Assembly (NCBI RefSeq): GCF_001194135.2
Contig: NC_068996.1
Coordinates: forward strand, 18,252,654-18,316,653
Source: Octopus bimaculoides
Lineage: Eukaryota
Direction: 5' to 3'
Length of the DNA: 64,000 nucleotides
Shown: positions 34,535 through 47,029 of the stretch, piece after piece
Layout: each line of letters begins with the position of its first letter
Position numbering within the stretch: position 1 is the first letter of the stretch
Program-made: the position numbers and the translations under genes
The notes under the pieces: generated by a model
Database searches by the model: none
The model's input: the letters and a program-made list of their open reading frames with translations, nothing else
Told to the model about the DNA's origin: nothing

Positions 34535-36886
34535 TAGTGGTTCATGCAGGCATAGCGTGGATTCGCTTCTCGGTCGCCAAATTTCACTTAACAGTTCAAC
34601 AGCACTTTTCTCGCGGTAAAACAATAGTTTTTCTGTGACAGCAGTTGCATTTTCCAGATGCCTTCGCTAAGCTAAATAATGTCTTTGCCACTTGACTCTT
34701 CTAACCTCTTCTAGGCTACCAAAAGCTAGAATAGAGATAATAGACCGCCAACGAAATATATTGTTTTCAACAATATGTTTATCCTTCTGGCTGGTTTTGG
34801 ATAGTTATAAAAACAAGAACTCTGTAAGCCAAAGTCAGTTGGTGAGAAACCGGGTCTGGTTGACCGGCTGAACAAAACGCCGTTTCTAAAGGAAAAGGTG
34901 CAAAGGGACAACTTTGGTAACTCACCAACGAAGCAGTTGCTTTGTTCCACTACTCTCACTTTCACTAACTCACTTTCGTTTTTCTGTAACATTACCATAT
35001 CTCTCCCTATATACTACTGTGAGCTCGCCAACGAAATCTATTGTTCTTAACAATATGTCTTTCCTTCTAACTAGTTTTGCATCGTTATAAATACTAGAAT
35101 TTAATAAGGCAAAATCACTTAGTGAACAGAGACCAACTAGAATCATGGCCACAAGCAGGCAGCCACTAAAGACAAACGGCCAGGGGGGGGGGGGAAAGGT
35201 TACAATCAGCCAAGTATGAGACACAACGTCCCTCGACTCTATAACTTTCACTAGCTCAGTTTCTTTTCTCTTACATCATTCTATCACTTTCTATGGTTTT
35301 ACAACTACAATAAGAACGTGTACATGCATACAGGTCGAAATTGACTTCCTTAACCTCACATGCTCTTTCAATTATACCACACCTGCTCGTCGAGACATGG
35401 CGTTATATTAAGTAACGGTAAATAAATATTTCTTTACAACTTCGATCACTGTTCTTCGTTCATCTTTCACATCTTACAACATGCCGTTACAATAATACCA
35501 NNNNNNNNNNNNNNNNNNNNNNNNNNNNNNNNNNNNNNNNNNNNNNNNNNNNNNNNNNNNNNNNNNNNNNNNNNNNNNNNNNNNNNNNNNNNNNNNNNNN
35601 NNNNNNNNNNNNNNNNNNNNNNNNNNNNNNNNNNCTTTTACACTTTTACTTGTTTGTCATTTGACAGCGGCCATGCGGGAGCACCGCCTTTAGTCAAGCA
35701 AATCGGCCCCAGGACCTATTCTTTGTAAGTATAGTACTTATTCTATCAGTCTCTTTTGCCGAACCGCCAAGTGACGGGGACGTAAACACACCACCATCGG
35801 TTGTCAAGCGATGTTGGAGGGCGGAGAACATCCAACATGCATCAAGTCGGGAAAAGAATCGAGCTGGCACAGGCATGTTGAAAACAAGGCAGTAGAGGCA
35901 TAATATTGTGGTGTATGTGTGCGTAACTAGGTGCAAAGCTGAGGCAGTATGCTAGTGCAGTGATTGCAAATATAAAACAGTGATGAATATGCCAGTGGTT
36001 GAGGCAGTAAGTGCCTTGAACGTGCAGGAGCAACAGTGTGACATGTTGGTACGTTGTAGAGGACGAATAATTTTATGTATACGTGAAAATGAAAACAAAT
36101 TGATGTGCATGCAAAGAAAAAGAGTTGTTGAGAGTCTATATGAGAGTCTTATATACATGCAAAAGTTCGTAGACAATGCAGAGTCTGTACATTGGAACGA
36201 AATGAAAAGTGTTTGTGTGCCGAAAAGGTTACATGTACGGGATTCCGTATTTTCTTCCAGTAAAATTGCGATTCCATGGTCAGCGAATTCTTTGTGTGTC
36301 GGCAGGGTTGCATTGTAGTGAAGTTAATCGCAGTTTCATCGCAGTATAGTGCTTTCTGTTGCGCGTACTGGTGCATCTTGGTAGTGATGAAAGTTGTCAT
36401 TCTTTCCCTCTAGTTTAGCTACTGTTGATATGAAGACTTTACTTCTTTAGTTCGGAGTCAGCAAAATGCAGCGGCATGTAGCATTAGAAGGTAGCAATTG
36501 TTTTTAGACGGGGACATCAGTGTAACGATGGGGTTACCAATGTAAAGGTGGGTTACCATTGTAACGGCATTGTTAAGGTGGAATCAATCAATCACCAATG
36601 TAACGATGTCTGTTATGGTAGTTGTAACGATATGCAACGGCTCTTGTCGCATCAGAAGGAAGTAGTTTTTTCTAGTCGGGGTTACAATTTGTGATAGTTA
36701 TGATATTCGTTGCAGTCGAGGGTCACCAATTGGATGTGACAACTGTTCATGTGAAGGCGAAGGCGAATGTAACTGCTGTCACTCACAGAAACACTATTGC
36801 TTTACCGTGAGAAAAGTGCAGTTGAACTGTTCAGTGAAATTTGGCGATCGAAGATCGAATCCACGCTATGCCTGCATGAAGCCCTA
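34535..36886. mobile_element. ~2.35-kb non-autonomous element with ~130-bp terminal inverted repeats
   Basis: 34541-34667 is the reverse complement, with scattered mismatches, of 36753-36880. The interior has a ~280-bp tandem duplication (34745-35010 / 35026-35290), a gap and a SINE piece. Confidence 0.75.
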
Positions 36887-36900
36887 TCTATTTCTGTGTT

Positions 36901-36940
36901 CCTTTCTGTCGAAGAGCGTAGGCTCGAAACGTAAAAGACT
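36901..36940 (+). ncRNA. Minimal hammerhead-like motif with a 3-nt core insertion
   Basis: CTTT-CTG(TCG)AAGA-G-CGTAGGCT-C-GAA-ACGT-A-AAAG: helix I CTTT/AAAG and palindromic ACGT helix III. Confidence 0.45.
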
Positions 36941-37028
36941 TTCTCACTTCCCGAGCGTTAAACTAATACATCTGTTTGTTGTTTACACACCCGTCTTCGT
37001 CTTTTGTTTTGTTTCTTTTTGCAAATTC

Positions 37029-37059
<31 letters not shown>

Positions 37060-37149
37060 CGTCAGTGGATTGTTTATCCAAAAAAGAAGAAACATACTCT
37101 AAACCATAGAGCAATAATATATTAATATGCAGTTAAGTCTATGTCTAGT

Positions 37150-37219
37150 CATAAAGTAACCAGTGGTTTCGTATCCATAAGGGACTTAACCCTATGGACG
37201 ACTCGTCAGACACTATATG
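37150..37219 (-). ncRNA. Type I hammerhead ribozyme, intact catalytic core
   Basis: Minus strand: CATATAGTGT-CTGACGA-GTCGTCCATAGGG(TTAAGT)CCCTTATGGATAC-GAA-ACCACTGGT-T-ACTTTATG. All conserved core nucleotides and G10.1-C11.1 are present. Confidence 0.8.
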
Positions 37220-38095
37220 CAACCAAGCTCTCATAATACTATGCCACAACTATCTCAGTATGGCCCTGAAACCTCTCGCGGCGCTTTATGTGTTAAAAAA
37301 TAGCAACCCAAATGCTTTTAAATGAGATCCCAATGGTGGATGTTCAAGAACCAAATGAAGGGTAGACTCTCAATCCTGTGATCATCCTGATACGAGAAAG
37401 GTATAATATATCTATGTAGAGCAAATGTAGACCGGGATACAGGGGTCCCAGACGGACAGACAGAATTTCGCTTTCATTAAGCAGGATTGGCTGTGTGGTG
37501 GGAAGCTTGCTTCCCAACCACACGGTTCCGGGTTCAGTCCCACTGAGTGGCACCTTAGGGAAGTGACTTCTACTATAGCCTCAGGTCGACAAAAGGCTGT
37601 GAGTGGATTTGGTAGACGGAAACTGAAAGAAGCCCGTCGTATATATATATATGCATATGTGGGCACAGGACGTCACCAACTGTGCAGCAGACAACATGAA
37701 ATACATAAAAACAGGACAAGTAAACACAGAGAGAGGACCCTTCATCAGTTGTCGGCTGTCCATCTACTCCTCATTTTCTCATTTCGAGCATTCAACAACA
37801 ATGAGTCTTCGAAGACAGTTGCTCCCACAAATTCTAAAATAAAATTTAGGATTTATGGAAGATCAAAGTTGGGAACAAAAACAGGACAGTGGAAATATAC
37901 AAGGAAACCAAACGAAAACAAGCATAGAGGGTCGTTAGATCAGAACGAGAGGAGTATAGTGAACACTGGGAAAAATATTTTCTTTAAAAAGAGAAAAGAG
38001 AGAAGAGAGAGAAATAAAATGTCTAGTCTTTTGAACGTCCGTGCAAGAAAAGAAAGATGGTCACGTGAGGAAAAGAAAGATGGACGATGGTGAGA

Positions 38096-38123
38096 AAAAG
38101 AGAGGGAGAGAAAAAGACAAAGT

Positions 38124-38176
<53 letters not shown>

Positions 38177-38183
38177 AAGTAGG

Positions 38184-38214
<31 letters not shown>

Positions 38215-38240
38215 ACAAAGTAGGGAGAGAGAGAGTGAGA
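38096..38240. repeat. (GA)n microsatellite with the repeated spacer AAAAGACAAAGTAGG (x3)
   Basis: Read directly from the sequence. Confidence 0.85.
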
Positions 38241-39681
38241 GAGACAGATAGAAAATAGTGAAAGAGGGAGGGGAGAAAAAAGGAATTAGAGAAGGATGGA
38301 AGAAGAAAACAGTATAGAGTAGAGTTGCATCAAAAAGGGGAAGATAAACTTACTTGGAAATGGATGCGTGGCGTTCAATTAAATAATAATAATAATAATA
38401 ATGTGTGCTTACTTCCCCGTAACTTAGCGGTTCGGCAAAACAGTGGACGATAGAATAAGTACAGGGCTTACAAAGAATAAGTCTTGGGGTCAGTTTGTTC
38501 GACTAAAGCGGTGCTCCAGCATAGCCACAGTCAAATAACTGAAACAAGTAAAAGAATAAAAGAATACATATACGAGGGGCTTCTCTTAATTGCCGTCTAC
38601 TAACTCATAAGGCCCGAGGCTATAGACGAAGACACTTGCCCAAGGTGCCACGCGGTAGGACTGAACCCGGAACCAAGTGGTTGAGAAGCAAGCTTCATAC
38701 CACACACTGGTGTTTAAAGAATAAAATTTCATATGATTTATTAATACAAAGCTGATACATGTTTTTGTTGTTGTATCGGTATGATTTGGTATGTCAGAGA
38801 ATTTTAATTCCTTCAGTATTCAGACTGAAAGATAATATGGTTTTCTTATTTGTGTAATTGAAGTATTGGAGTACAAAGAAGGAGACAGGAGATAAAGAAA
38901 TAGGAGTGAATAGAAATGACGTGAACAGCCTGGTTAGTACATACTTTGTATACAGTTAACTATTTCGTTATTGAGATATTTTTCTCATAGAAAGCATGAA
39001 TTTCTTGTTTTGATTTTATCTCGTTTCTACTTTAGCAGGTTGCTTATTTGTGAGAATTAATGGACTGTACAGCAGTTCTATATATTCTTTATTTGTGTTG
39101 TTTTTTATTCAAGTATTTGAGACGTTTGTGAAGGGACTGAAAGCGTTTTTGCAAAAGATTAAATGATGTTTAGCTATAGAGCTTTTTACGCGTAGGTTTT
39201 AAGGTGGATTATACCAAATTATCTTTCGCTTCTTGTATATCCTTTTAGTTTGAGTTATGTTCTAACGGTATTTAATGTCTTCTTTAAAGATTCTCTTTTC
39301 AGGATTTGCTTATGTTTTATTTATTACAAGTCTTGAAATAATAACACCATCATCTCTGTAAAGTTCTCTGTATATATAGAATTTGCTTTGTATCTACGCT
39401 GACTTCAAAAGCCTCAGTATTCATTGTTTTTCATCCATGTGTGTTATTAAGAATAATTCAGGTTTTCTTACTTGGAAAATGGTTTCACTAGCCAATGGTT
39501 TAAAAGGTGTTATAATTAATTGCATAACTGACATTTATATTCTGATTTATGGGCTTCACAAGCGTTTTTCATGAGATAGGAATTTATTGCTATTTTAATA
39601 AAATGCATAGACAATTCAAAATAAGCTTTCAACTAGAGTTTATTTATGGTATACTTATGTGGCGAAGAACGAAATCAAAAA

Positions 39682-40984
39682 TATTAGGTGGTATCAAAAG
39701 GTTCTGAACTATTTCTGTAGCGCACCAACAGATGGCAGCACACGGTTGCGTGCGCAATGAGAGCTAGCAGTTGTCTTCATGAGGCAGTGTGCCGAGTGAT
39801 ATCACTGCATTTACTTTGCAAATTGTGAGATTTGTGTTTTCGTGATCACGTGTATGCTGTAGTTTGCGATTTTGTCACGGACAGAAAACAAAGAGCCAAC
39901 GTAAAATTTTGCGTTAAACATGGGAAGTCTGCTACAAAGACATTAAGCATGCTTCGGCAAGCTAACGGGGGTGAGGTAATGAGTTGTACGCAATGTTTCG
40001 AGTAGTACGGGCGCTCAAAAGGGGAAGAACATCCCTGAAAGATGATGGATGATCAAGAGGACCTGCCACGAGCGTCAACTCGGGAAGTGTGGAGGAAACT
40101 AATCAGCTTTTGCATGAGAACCGTTGGAGGACAACCAATGACATTACTGATGTTGCTTCTCTGTCGTATTGGGTCTGTGCAGGCAATCCTAACGTCTGAA
40201 TTGAACATGCGGCATGTTACTGCCAAGTTTGGCCCTTGCCTACTAATCACTAAGCAGAAAGAACATCGTGTCGACGTCTTTCAAGATCTCCATCTGCGTA
40301 CTACTGATTACCCATCCTTCATGTCGAAGATTATCACCGGTGATGAGAGTTTCGTCTTCGGGTACGACCCTGAAACGAAGCAACAGTCGTCACAATGGAA
40401 GAGGCCTTCATCTCCACGACCAAAGAAGGCGCGACAGAGCCGCAGATCAATCAAGAGCATGCTCATCATTTTTTTCCCGACATCCGTGATATTGTGTATC
40501 GAGAATTTGTCCTTCAGGCCAGACCATCAATTGAGAGTTCTACTGCGATGTTTTGAAGCATTTGAGGGAGGACATTCGATGAAAGTGACTAGACCTGTGG
40601 AGTGCAAAGAATTGGATTCTTCACGACGACAATGCACCCTGTCAACGAGCTCTCTCCACTCGTGAGTTTCTCGCAAAAAACAACATGGTATCGCTTCTGC
40701 ATCCGCCCTATTAGCCAGATTTAGCACCTGCAGACTCTCATCTCTTTCCCAAGATGAAAATGTAGCTCAATGGTAGTCGAGATCCAGAGCGAATCACAGA
40801 ACGTCTCCGATTCGCTTACGGAAAACGACCCCCAGGCCGGATTACAAAAGTGGCAAGAACTCCGGGTGTGGTGTATTGCTGCGCAAGGTGGCTATTTCGA
40901 AGGAGACGATGCTAAAACTTAGGTAAATAAGATTTTTTTTTTTTTAACGTAACTAGTCCAGTAACTTTTTGATACCACCTCGTA
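39682..40984 (+). mobile_element. Full-length mariner (DD34D) transposon, frameshifted transposase pseudogene
   Basis: TA-flanked TIRs TATTAGGTGGTATCAAAAGGTTCTGAACT / AGTCCAGTAACTTTTTGATACCACCTCGTA, ~1.3 kb. Motifs QRANVKFCVK, IITGDES..FGYDPETKQQSSQW, WILHDDNAP, HPPY*PDLAP.D. Confidence 0.95.
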
Positions 40985-41124
40985 TCAAGTAGTTTTTTTT
41001 TTAGGTCAGTGGCAAAGTTGAATTTCTGTATTGATATCATGTAGGGCGCATACACAGATACTTATAAACTTTATATTGTAGAATGACATTAGATTCAAGG
41101 TTATCTTTTATCTTTTACTCGTTT

Positions 41125-41321
41125 TTAGTCATTTGATTGGTGACACCGCCTCGAAGGTTTTAGTCGAACAAATCGACCCTAGGACATTTTTAAAGCCTAG
41201 TGTTAATTCTCTTGGTCTATTTTGCCGAACTGCTAAGTTACGTGGGGTAAACAAACCAACACCGGTTGTCAATCGGTGATGGAAGGGGGGACAAACACAG
41301 ACGCAAAGACACACATAAATA

Positions 41322-41354
<33 letters not shown>

Positions 41355-41515
41355 ACACGAAAGGCTTCTTTCAGTTTCCGTCTACCAAATCCACGCACAA
41401 GGATTTTGTCGGCCCGAGGCTATAGTAAAAGACACTTGCCCCAGGAGCCATGCGTGAAACTGAACCCAGGACCATGTGGTTGGAAAGCAAGCTTCTTACC
41501 ACACAGGCACGCCTT
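41125..41515 (-). mobile_element. tRNA-derived SINE family 2 (internal CA/TG microsatellite)
   Basis: Reverse complement of the family at 58710-59121. Confidence 0.85.
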
Positions 41516-41599
41516 CGCCTCTTTATATTATACTGAAAATTTTGTTTCTATTATGGTAACAGTCAACTGTTTGAAAATAGTTAATATTTAGTTGCATAT

Positions 41600-44480
41600 T
41601 GAAGTGATTTCAAGGTTCAGAATAATCAGAGGCTTGATATTATAAATCCTAGAATGAGTTAAAATACATACTGATATACAAAACAATATGAGAGTCAAAG
41701 AGAAGAGAAACATACTGATAAAACTGAAGGAAGTAAAGCTAAAGTAACTATCAACCGTAAAGAGACGTACTTAAATCACAACCAAGTAGAAAGTTAAGTA
41801 GGTAGACAACAATAGATTATAAAAGAACAGAGAGGATATTTATAAGTAATCGCTCGGGAGAAACAAATACTTGAAAGGATATAAGAAGGTGTAACAGGTG
41901 GTGGGGAGGCAAAATAACGAGGTATAAATTATAGTGAGATATTAGTTGAATAGTAAAATTAATTTTTGGAATTTACCTATTTAAATGGCTATAAAATAAT
42001 TAAAGTTTTGAGAGTCTTGTGTTTGTAATGAGAAGTTATTGAAGCATATTTAGTTTGGAGAACAGAGCTATAAATTTTCCTAGAGTATCGAGTCGGCATG
42101 GCTTCTTATTGTAGTAATAAAATTTAACAAAGGACAGGCTTTTCCATGTTGTATTAAAATAGCGTTAGAATTGTTGAAAGACCAGATGTATAACAATAAA
42201 GCTTGATCAGTTGCCCACATCTTTATCTGCAAACAAAAATATGTCCGATAATTTCTGAAAGATTGACTATGTTACTGAAACCCTTTATTGAATGTGTTGG
42301 GACGAGTATAATTTTGACTATGTGTGTAGTTAAATGCAAAGAATATAGAGAATTGTACTAATTAATATTTCTTTTACAATTTCTGAGTTTGTTATTCGAT
42401 GATAGGTGGATTTGGTAGAATTAGATTTCAACTGTGAACTCATACATTTTGAGATCATCGTTAAAGAGAGGTGTAGTATCATTTTTGAACTCCTTCTGAA
42501 AGAGTCTCTCCATGATTATTATTTCCAGGATAAAAAATACCAGCATTTGCATCTTTTCCTGACAAAACTAGGTATTTATACACCCTCCCGATCGTAACTA
42601 AAGAATTAAATAGGAACTATAAATATGCTAACCGGAACATTTTTAAAGATACCAACGACCAACACTGTAAGACGATTGGAGAACTTGAACTACATGATCG
42701 AACTGAACCCTACATCTCTCGAACTTCCCACTTCACCCTGAAAGACTTTAAGCCTGATTCTCCATTAGGCTTATTTGCCCTACTAAATCCGGTTTGTGTC
42801 GCATTAGTAAATGCATTATTGACTGGAGTATATACCGTTTGTAAAGTTGAACTATAGTACTGGGAATATCATCACCTGATTCCGTTCTCTTTCTAAAAAG
42901 TCTCATACTAACTTCCCCCATTTTGATATATCGAACTATTACGCTTCAATATCCTCCATTCTATCAAACAAGACCTTAATGTTCGCGAGAAAATTTTTCT
43001 CCCATCTCTCGGTCGGATATCGACATTATTTTAATAGCCAGAAAAACGCTTTCGCCGTTTATTAACAGATGTTGGTCCCATTCTTCTATAGATCTCTTCG
43101 ATATCGACATGGGATCCTTAGACGGTGCCCTGGTTACAGACCCGGTTGGTCCTTTTCTTCTCTCTCTCAAATAAACCAGTACTTACTTTGCTAATAAGGT
43201 GGTTTGTATAGGAATGATACTCTTCTCACAACCATGGGCATGTCTCGCCCGTCCATTGAACGTATTTTATGGTTTGCACCCCATTCTGACTTCAGGTTAA
43301 ATCTTTAACAAAGCTCTAATTTCTCACCCCACCATAAATATCACCCAATCTTCAACAAATCTTCTATAGAAATCTTACACTCTACAAGTCAAATTTGAGA
43401 TATATAATTGCTACTTCCAATTGACGCAAACTTGGCCGTCTTATTGTGCCTGTGAAACCTCCCATCTGACTCACACCATTTACCCGCTTTAACAATAGCA
43501 GCATTAGCACCATCACCCTCTGGTATTTGTAACCGTAACACTTTTGACCATGGTGTTGCACCCTCTCAGCCCCATACTAGAAATGATAACACCTCAGGGG
43601 TAACCGATCGTATTAATCAAGATGGAGATTAAGTATAATCCACCGGTAATGAGTAAACCCGTATTTGTCAATTCTCCCAGCGATGTTCGTTACATGGATT
43701 TTGCTTACGCTATAACATGGTATATAATTGGAGGTTCATAACTCGACGTTCGTTAAGGTCTGCATTGGGGCACCGTTGATTTCAAGTGTCACTACCGGGC
43801 ACAACTGAACTCATTTCCAAATAGAACCTCAAAACTTTCTACTTCCCTAACTATATATATACACTACTTCAAGTCCCAGAATATTCTCTATACCTGGTCC
43901 GTTGTTTGCGTGGGTGTCTCTTGCAATGCTAACCATCACGTTTGTAAGTTATGCACAGGGAGTCGCTCGTAATACTAAACCAGTGTAAAACCCCGTTACT
44001 CAATAGGTTCTCTGATGTAATTTTCTCGTCTAGATATAAGTTTCATTCCACATTTGATTATAATTTAAAATCTTTATAATTTCTATTAGTTGTGGTTAAA
44101 CTTCTTTACTCATTATTTAAGTATTAAAGCATCAGTTTACTTTTTCCTCGCACCATATTCTCTTTTAACATGCTCTCCTCCTCTGTCCTCTTCTCCCACG
44201 TCTTTACCTCAATGCTTTTCTCTTCCTATCTCTTTGTTTAGAAAACTGACATTCACAACTTCTTTATTATTTGATCATCCGTGATGTTTGCTTTCACCGG
44301 GTTGGCTTTAACTTTATCTTCTCTTTCTGTTTCTTCTATTCTCTCCCTGTTCTTTTTTCTTTTGCTGTAGAAGATCTTTTTCCTCTTATCCTTGCTCTTA
44401 GATCTCGTTCTGCTTCCGCTCTCTCTCTTCAACCGTTTAACACTACTATATGAGTCGCATTTGCCTCTTCTCATGACGAT
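41600..44480 (-). mobile_element. Very decayed non-LTR retroelement relic (L1/Tx1-like?)
   Basis: Scattered minus-strand remnants (IQHGKACPLLNFI resembling the RQGCPLS motif; PFKYL) and a basic ORF1-like N-terminal stretch. No intact motif. Confidence 0.3.
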
Positions 44481-44740
44481 GGGAGCCGGACTTACAGAAA
44501 TATTTTCATGTGACTGCTCATCGGTAATATGTCCATGACTTTTTGCACATTTCACCTGCAAATTATGATTATTATGATTATTACATAATCATAATAATCA
44601 TTTATTATGATTATGGGCTTCCTGAAACAGCTGTTGAGTTAAGAAATTACATATTTTCTTATGTGTTTTTTGGGGTTCAGGTGAATATATATATGTATGT
44701 ATGTATGTATATGCATATACATACATACATACATACAAAC

Positions 44741-44786
<46 letters not shown>

Positions 44787-45191
44787 NNNNNNNNNNNNNN
44801 NNNNNNNNNNNNNNNNNNNNNNNNNNNNNNNNNNNNNNNNNNNNNNNNNNNNNNNNNNNNNNNNNNNNNNNNNNNNNNNNNNNNNNNNNNNNNNNNNNNN
44901 NNNNNNNNNNNNNNNNNNNNNNNNNNNNNNNNNNNNNNNNNNNNNNNNNNNNNNNNNNNNNNNNNNNNNNNNNNNNNNNNNNNNNNNNNNNNNNNNNNNN
45001 NNNNNNNNNNNNNNNNNNNNNNNNNNNNNNNNNNNNNNNNNNNNNNNNNNNNNNNNNNNNNNNNNNNNNNNNNNNNNNNNNNNNNNNNNNNNNNNNNNNN
45101 NNNNNNNNNNNNNNNNNNNNNNNNNNNNNNNNNNNNNNNNNNNNNNNNNNNNATACATACGCACACGTGCACATACACGTGCGCGCGCGCG

Positions 45192-45230
<39 letters not shown>

Positions 45231-46640
45231 AAATATCACTCGGTTCTTCATCGAACCCGTTAACAGACACAGACACCTTCTCGATGCTCCTATCCTTGAT
45301 TCTGAAGGTCATTAAAGACTCGAAAGCTGAAAGAAGTGAGCAAACTGCAGTACTTTGATAGTGATTTTTATTTTGTCGAACCTAACACTTCAAAAGGCAA
45401 AGCAGATCTCAGCATTTTGTCATACGTTCTGGCAACTATGTCAACTCACCGTTTAATACTGGTACAAAATTTAACTAATTATCCGGCAAGCTTGGAACCA
45501 AAACTTTCCCGGATTTCTGGATTTCTCGGTAATTTAGGGACAGTCTAAATATATTCTTAAAATACAAAATAAATCATGAAAAGTAAAGAACTGAATTGCA
45601 TTTAATAGATTCAAATTAGTACATTTCTAAAGAAGGGTCTTTTTGATTCATTTAAAATTCTTAAAATATCTCATACTCTATTTAATATCTACATAGTAAA
45701 AATGTTTATAGGACAAAAATTAGACAAATAAAAATTTAACAGATACTGGTACAAATTAATAAACTTTTAAAGTAGAGTATGCTTAACTTTTATAAAATAA
45801 GAGGATAAAGGTCCTTTCCAACTTATAGGACCGGTTTCCCCAGTTTCTGTGGCGTATATTCTCCCATTGAAAGTACGACAGTTAGCTACAGGGTTGTTTA
45901 TTTTTGCCAGGTTTGTGGATTGGAGCAACGTCAAATGAAGTATTTTGCTCAAGAACATAACAAATTACCTGGTCTAAGAGTCGAAACCACAATCTTACGA
46001 TCATAAGTGTAGCACCTTAACCGCTAAGCCATGCGCCTCCATATTTAATCTTTATCAATTCACATGAAAAAAAAAAAAAAATAAAGATCAATACTATTGT
46101 TAACACACCGTATGGAAATTAATCAACAAAAAGCAGTCGCATGAGGAACAGCAGCTCGCGAAATTCAAAGTTAAGAACTTTTTTAAAAATAGCCGTTTTT
46201 TTTTTCTTTTGGTAATTCCAGAAGCTGGATAAGAGTGATTTGGTTACTATTTTATCGAACCTGGAAGAGGGAAAGGCAAAATTGACCTCAGTGGTGTTTA
46301 AAATATTATTGGTCAAGAAAACAATTATTTTGCTTTCGAAAACACTTTATCATTAAAGAAAAATGGCGTTAATTGTTTTGCTGTAGTGAAAGCTAGCCTA
46401 GGTTGTAAGGAATAGGTGACGTCATTGACTTACATACTTATATATTTGTTAAAAGAATAAATCTAGTAATTATTTGAATTGCAGTCTACATCGAGATTAT
46501 GTACATTAATCAGTAAATGAAAAACGAATGCAAAAGAATCAAACAGATTATGTCATAAAAATAACACCTTTGAATTATTTAAAGAGAAACCGATAAATTG
46601 TGGTTGAAACAAATTTACATACTGTTGTTTTTGTAGATGT

Positions 46641-47029
46641 TGTTGTTGTTGGCTCTCTGTCGCTTACGACGTCGAGGATTCCAGTTGATCCGATCAACGG
46701 AACAGCCTGCTCGTGAAATTAACGTGCAAGTGGCTGAGCATTCCACAGACACGTGTACCCTTAACGTAGTTCTCGGGGATATTCAGCGTGACACAGTGTG
46801 ACAAGGCTGGCCCTTTGAATTACAGGCACAACAGAAACAGGAAGTAAGAGTGAGAGAACGTTGGGGCGAAAGAGTACATCAGGGTTCGCCACCATCCCCT
46901 GCCGGAGCCTCGTGGAACTTTTAGGTGTTTTCGCTCGATAAAAACTCACAACGCCCGGTCTGGGAATCGAAACCGCGATCCTATGACTGCGAGTCCGCTG
47001 CCCTAACCACTGGGTCATTGCGCCTCCAC
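46641..47029 (-). mobile_element. tRNA-derived SINE family 1, full length
   Basis: Colinear with 16490-16866. 11-bp TSD tttgtagatgt at 46630-46640 and 47030-47040. Confidence 0.92.

Noticed and set aside
37735-37750. Minus-strand CTGATGAAGG
   Set aside because: No helix II or GAAA follows it.
38810-39490. Several plus-strand polypyrimidine-AG acceptor-like sites in AT-rich sequence
   Set aside because: There are no matching donors that give an open, recognisable frame.
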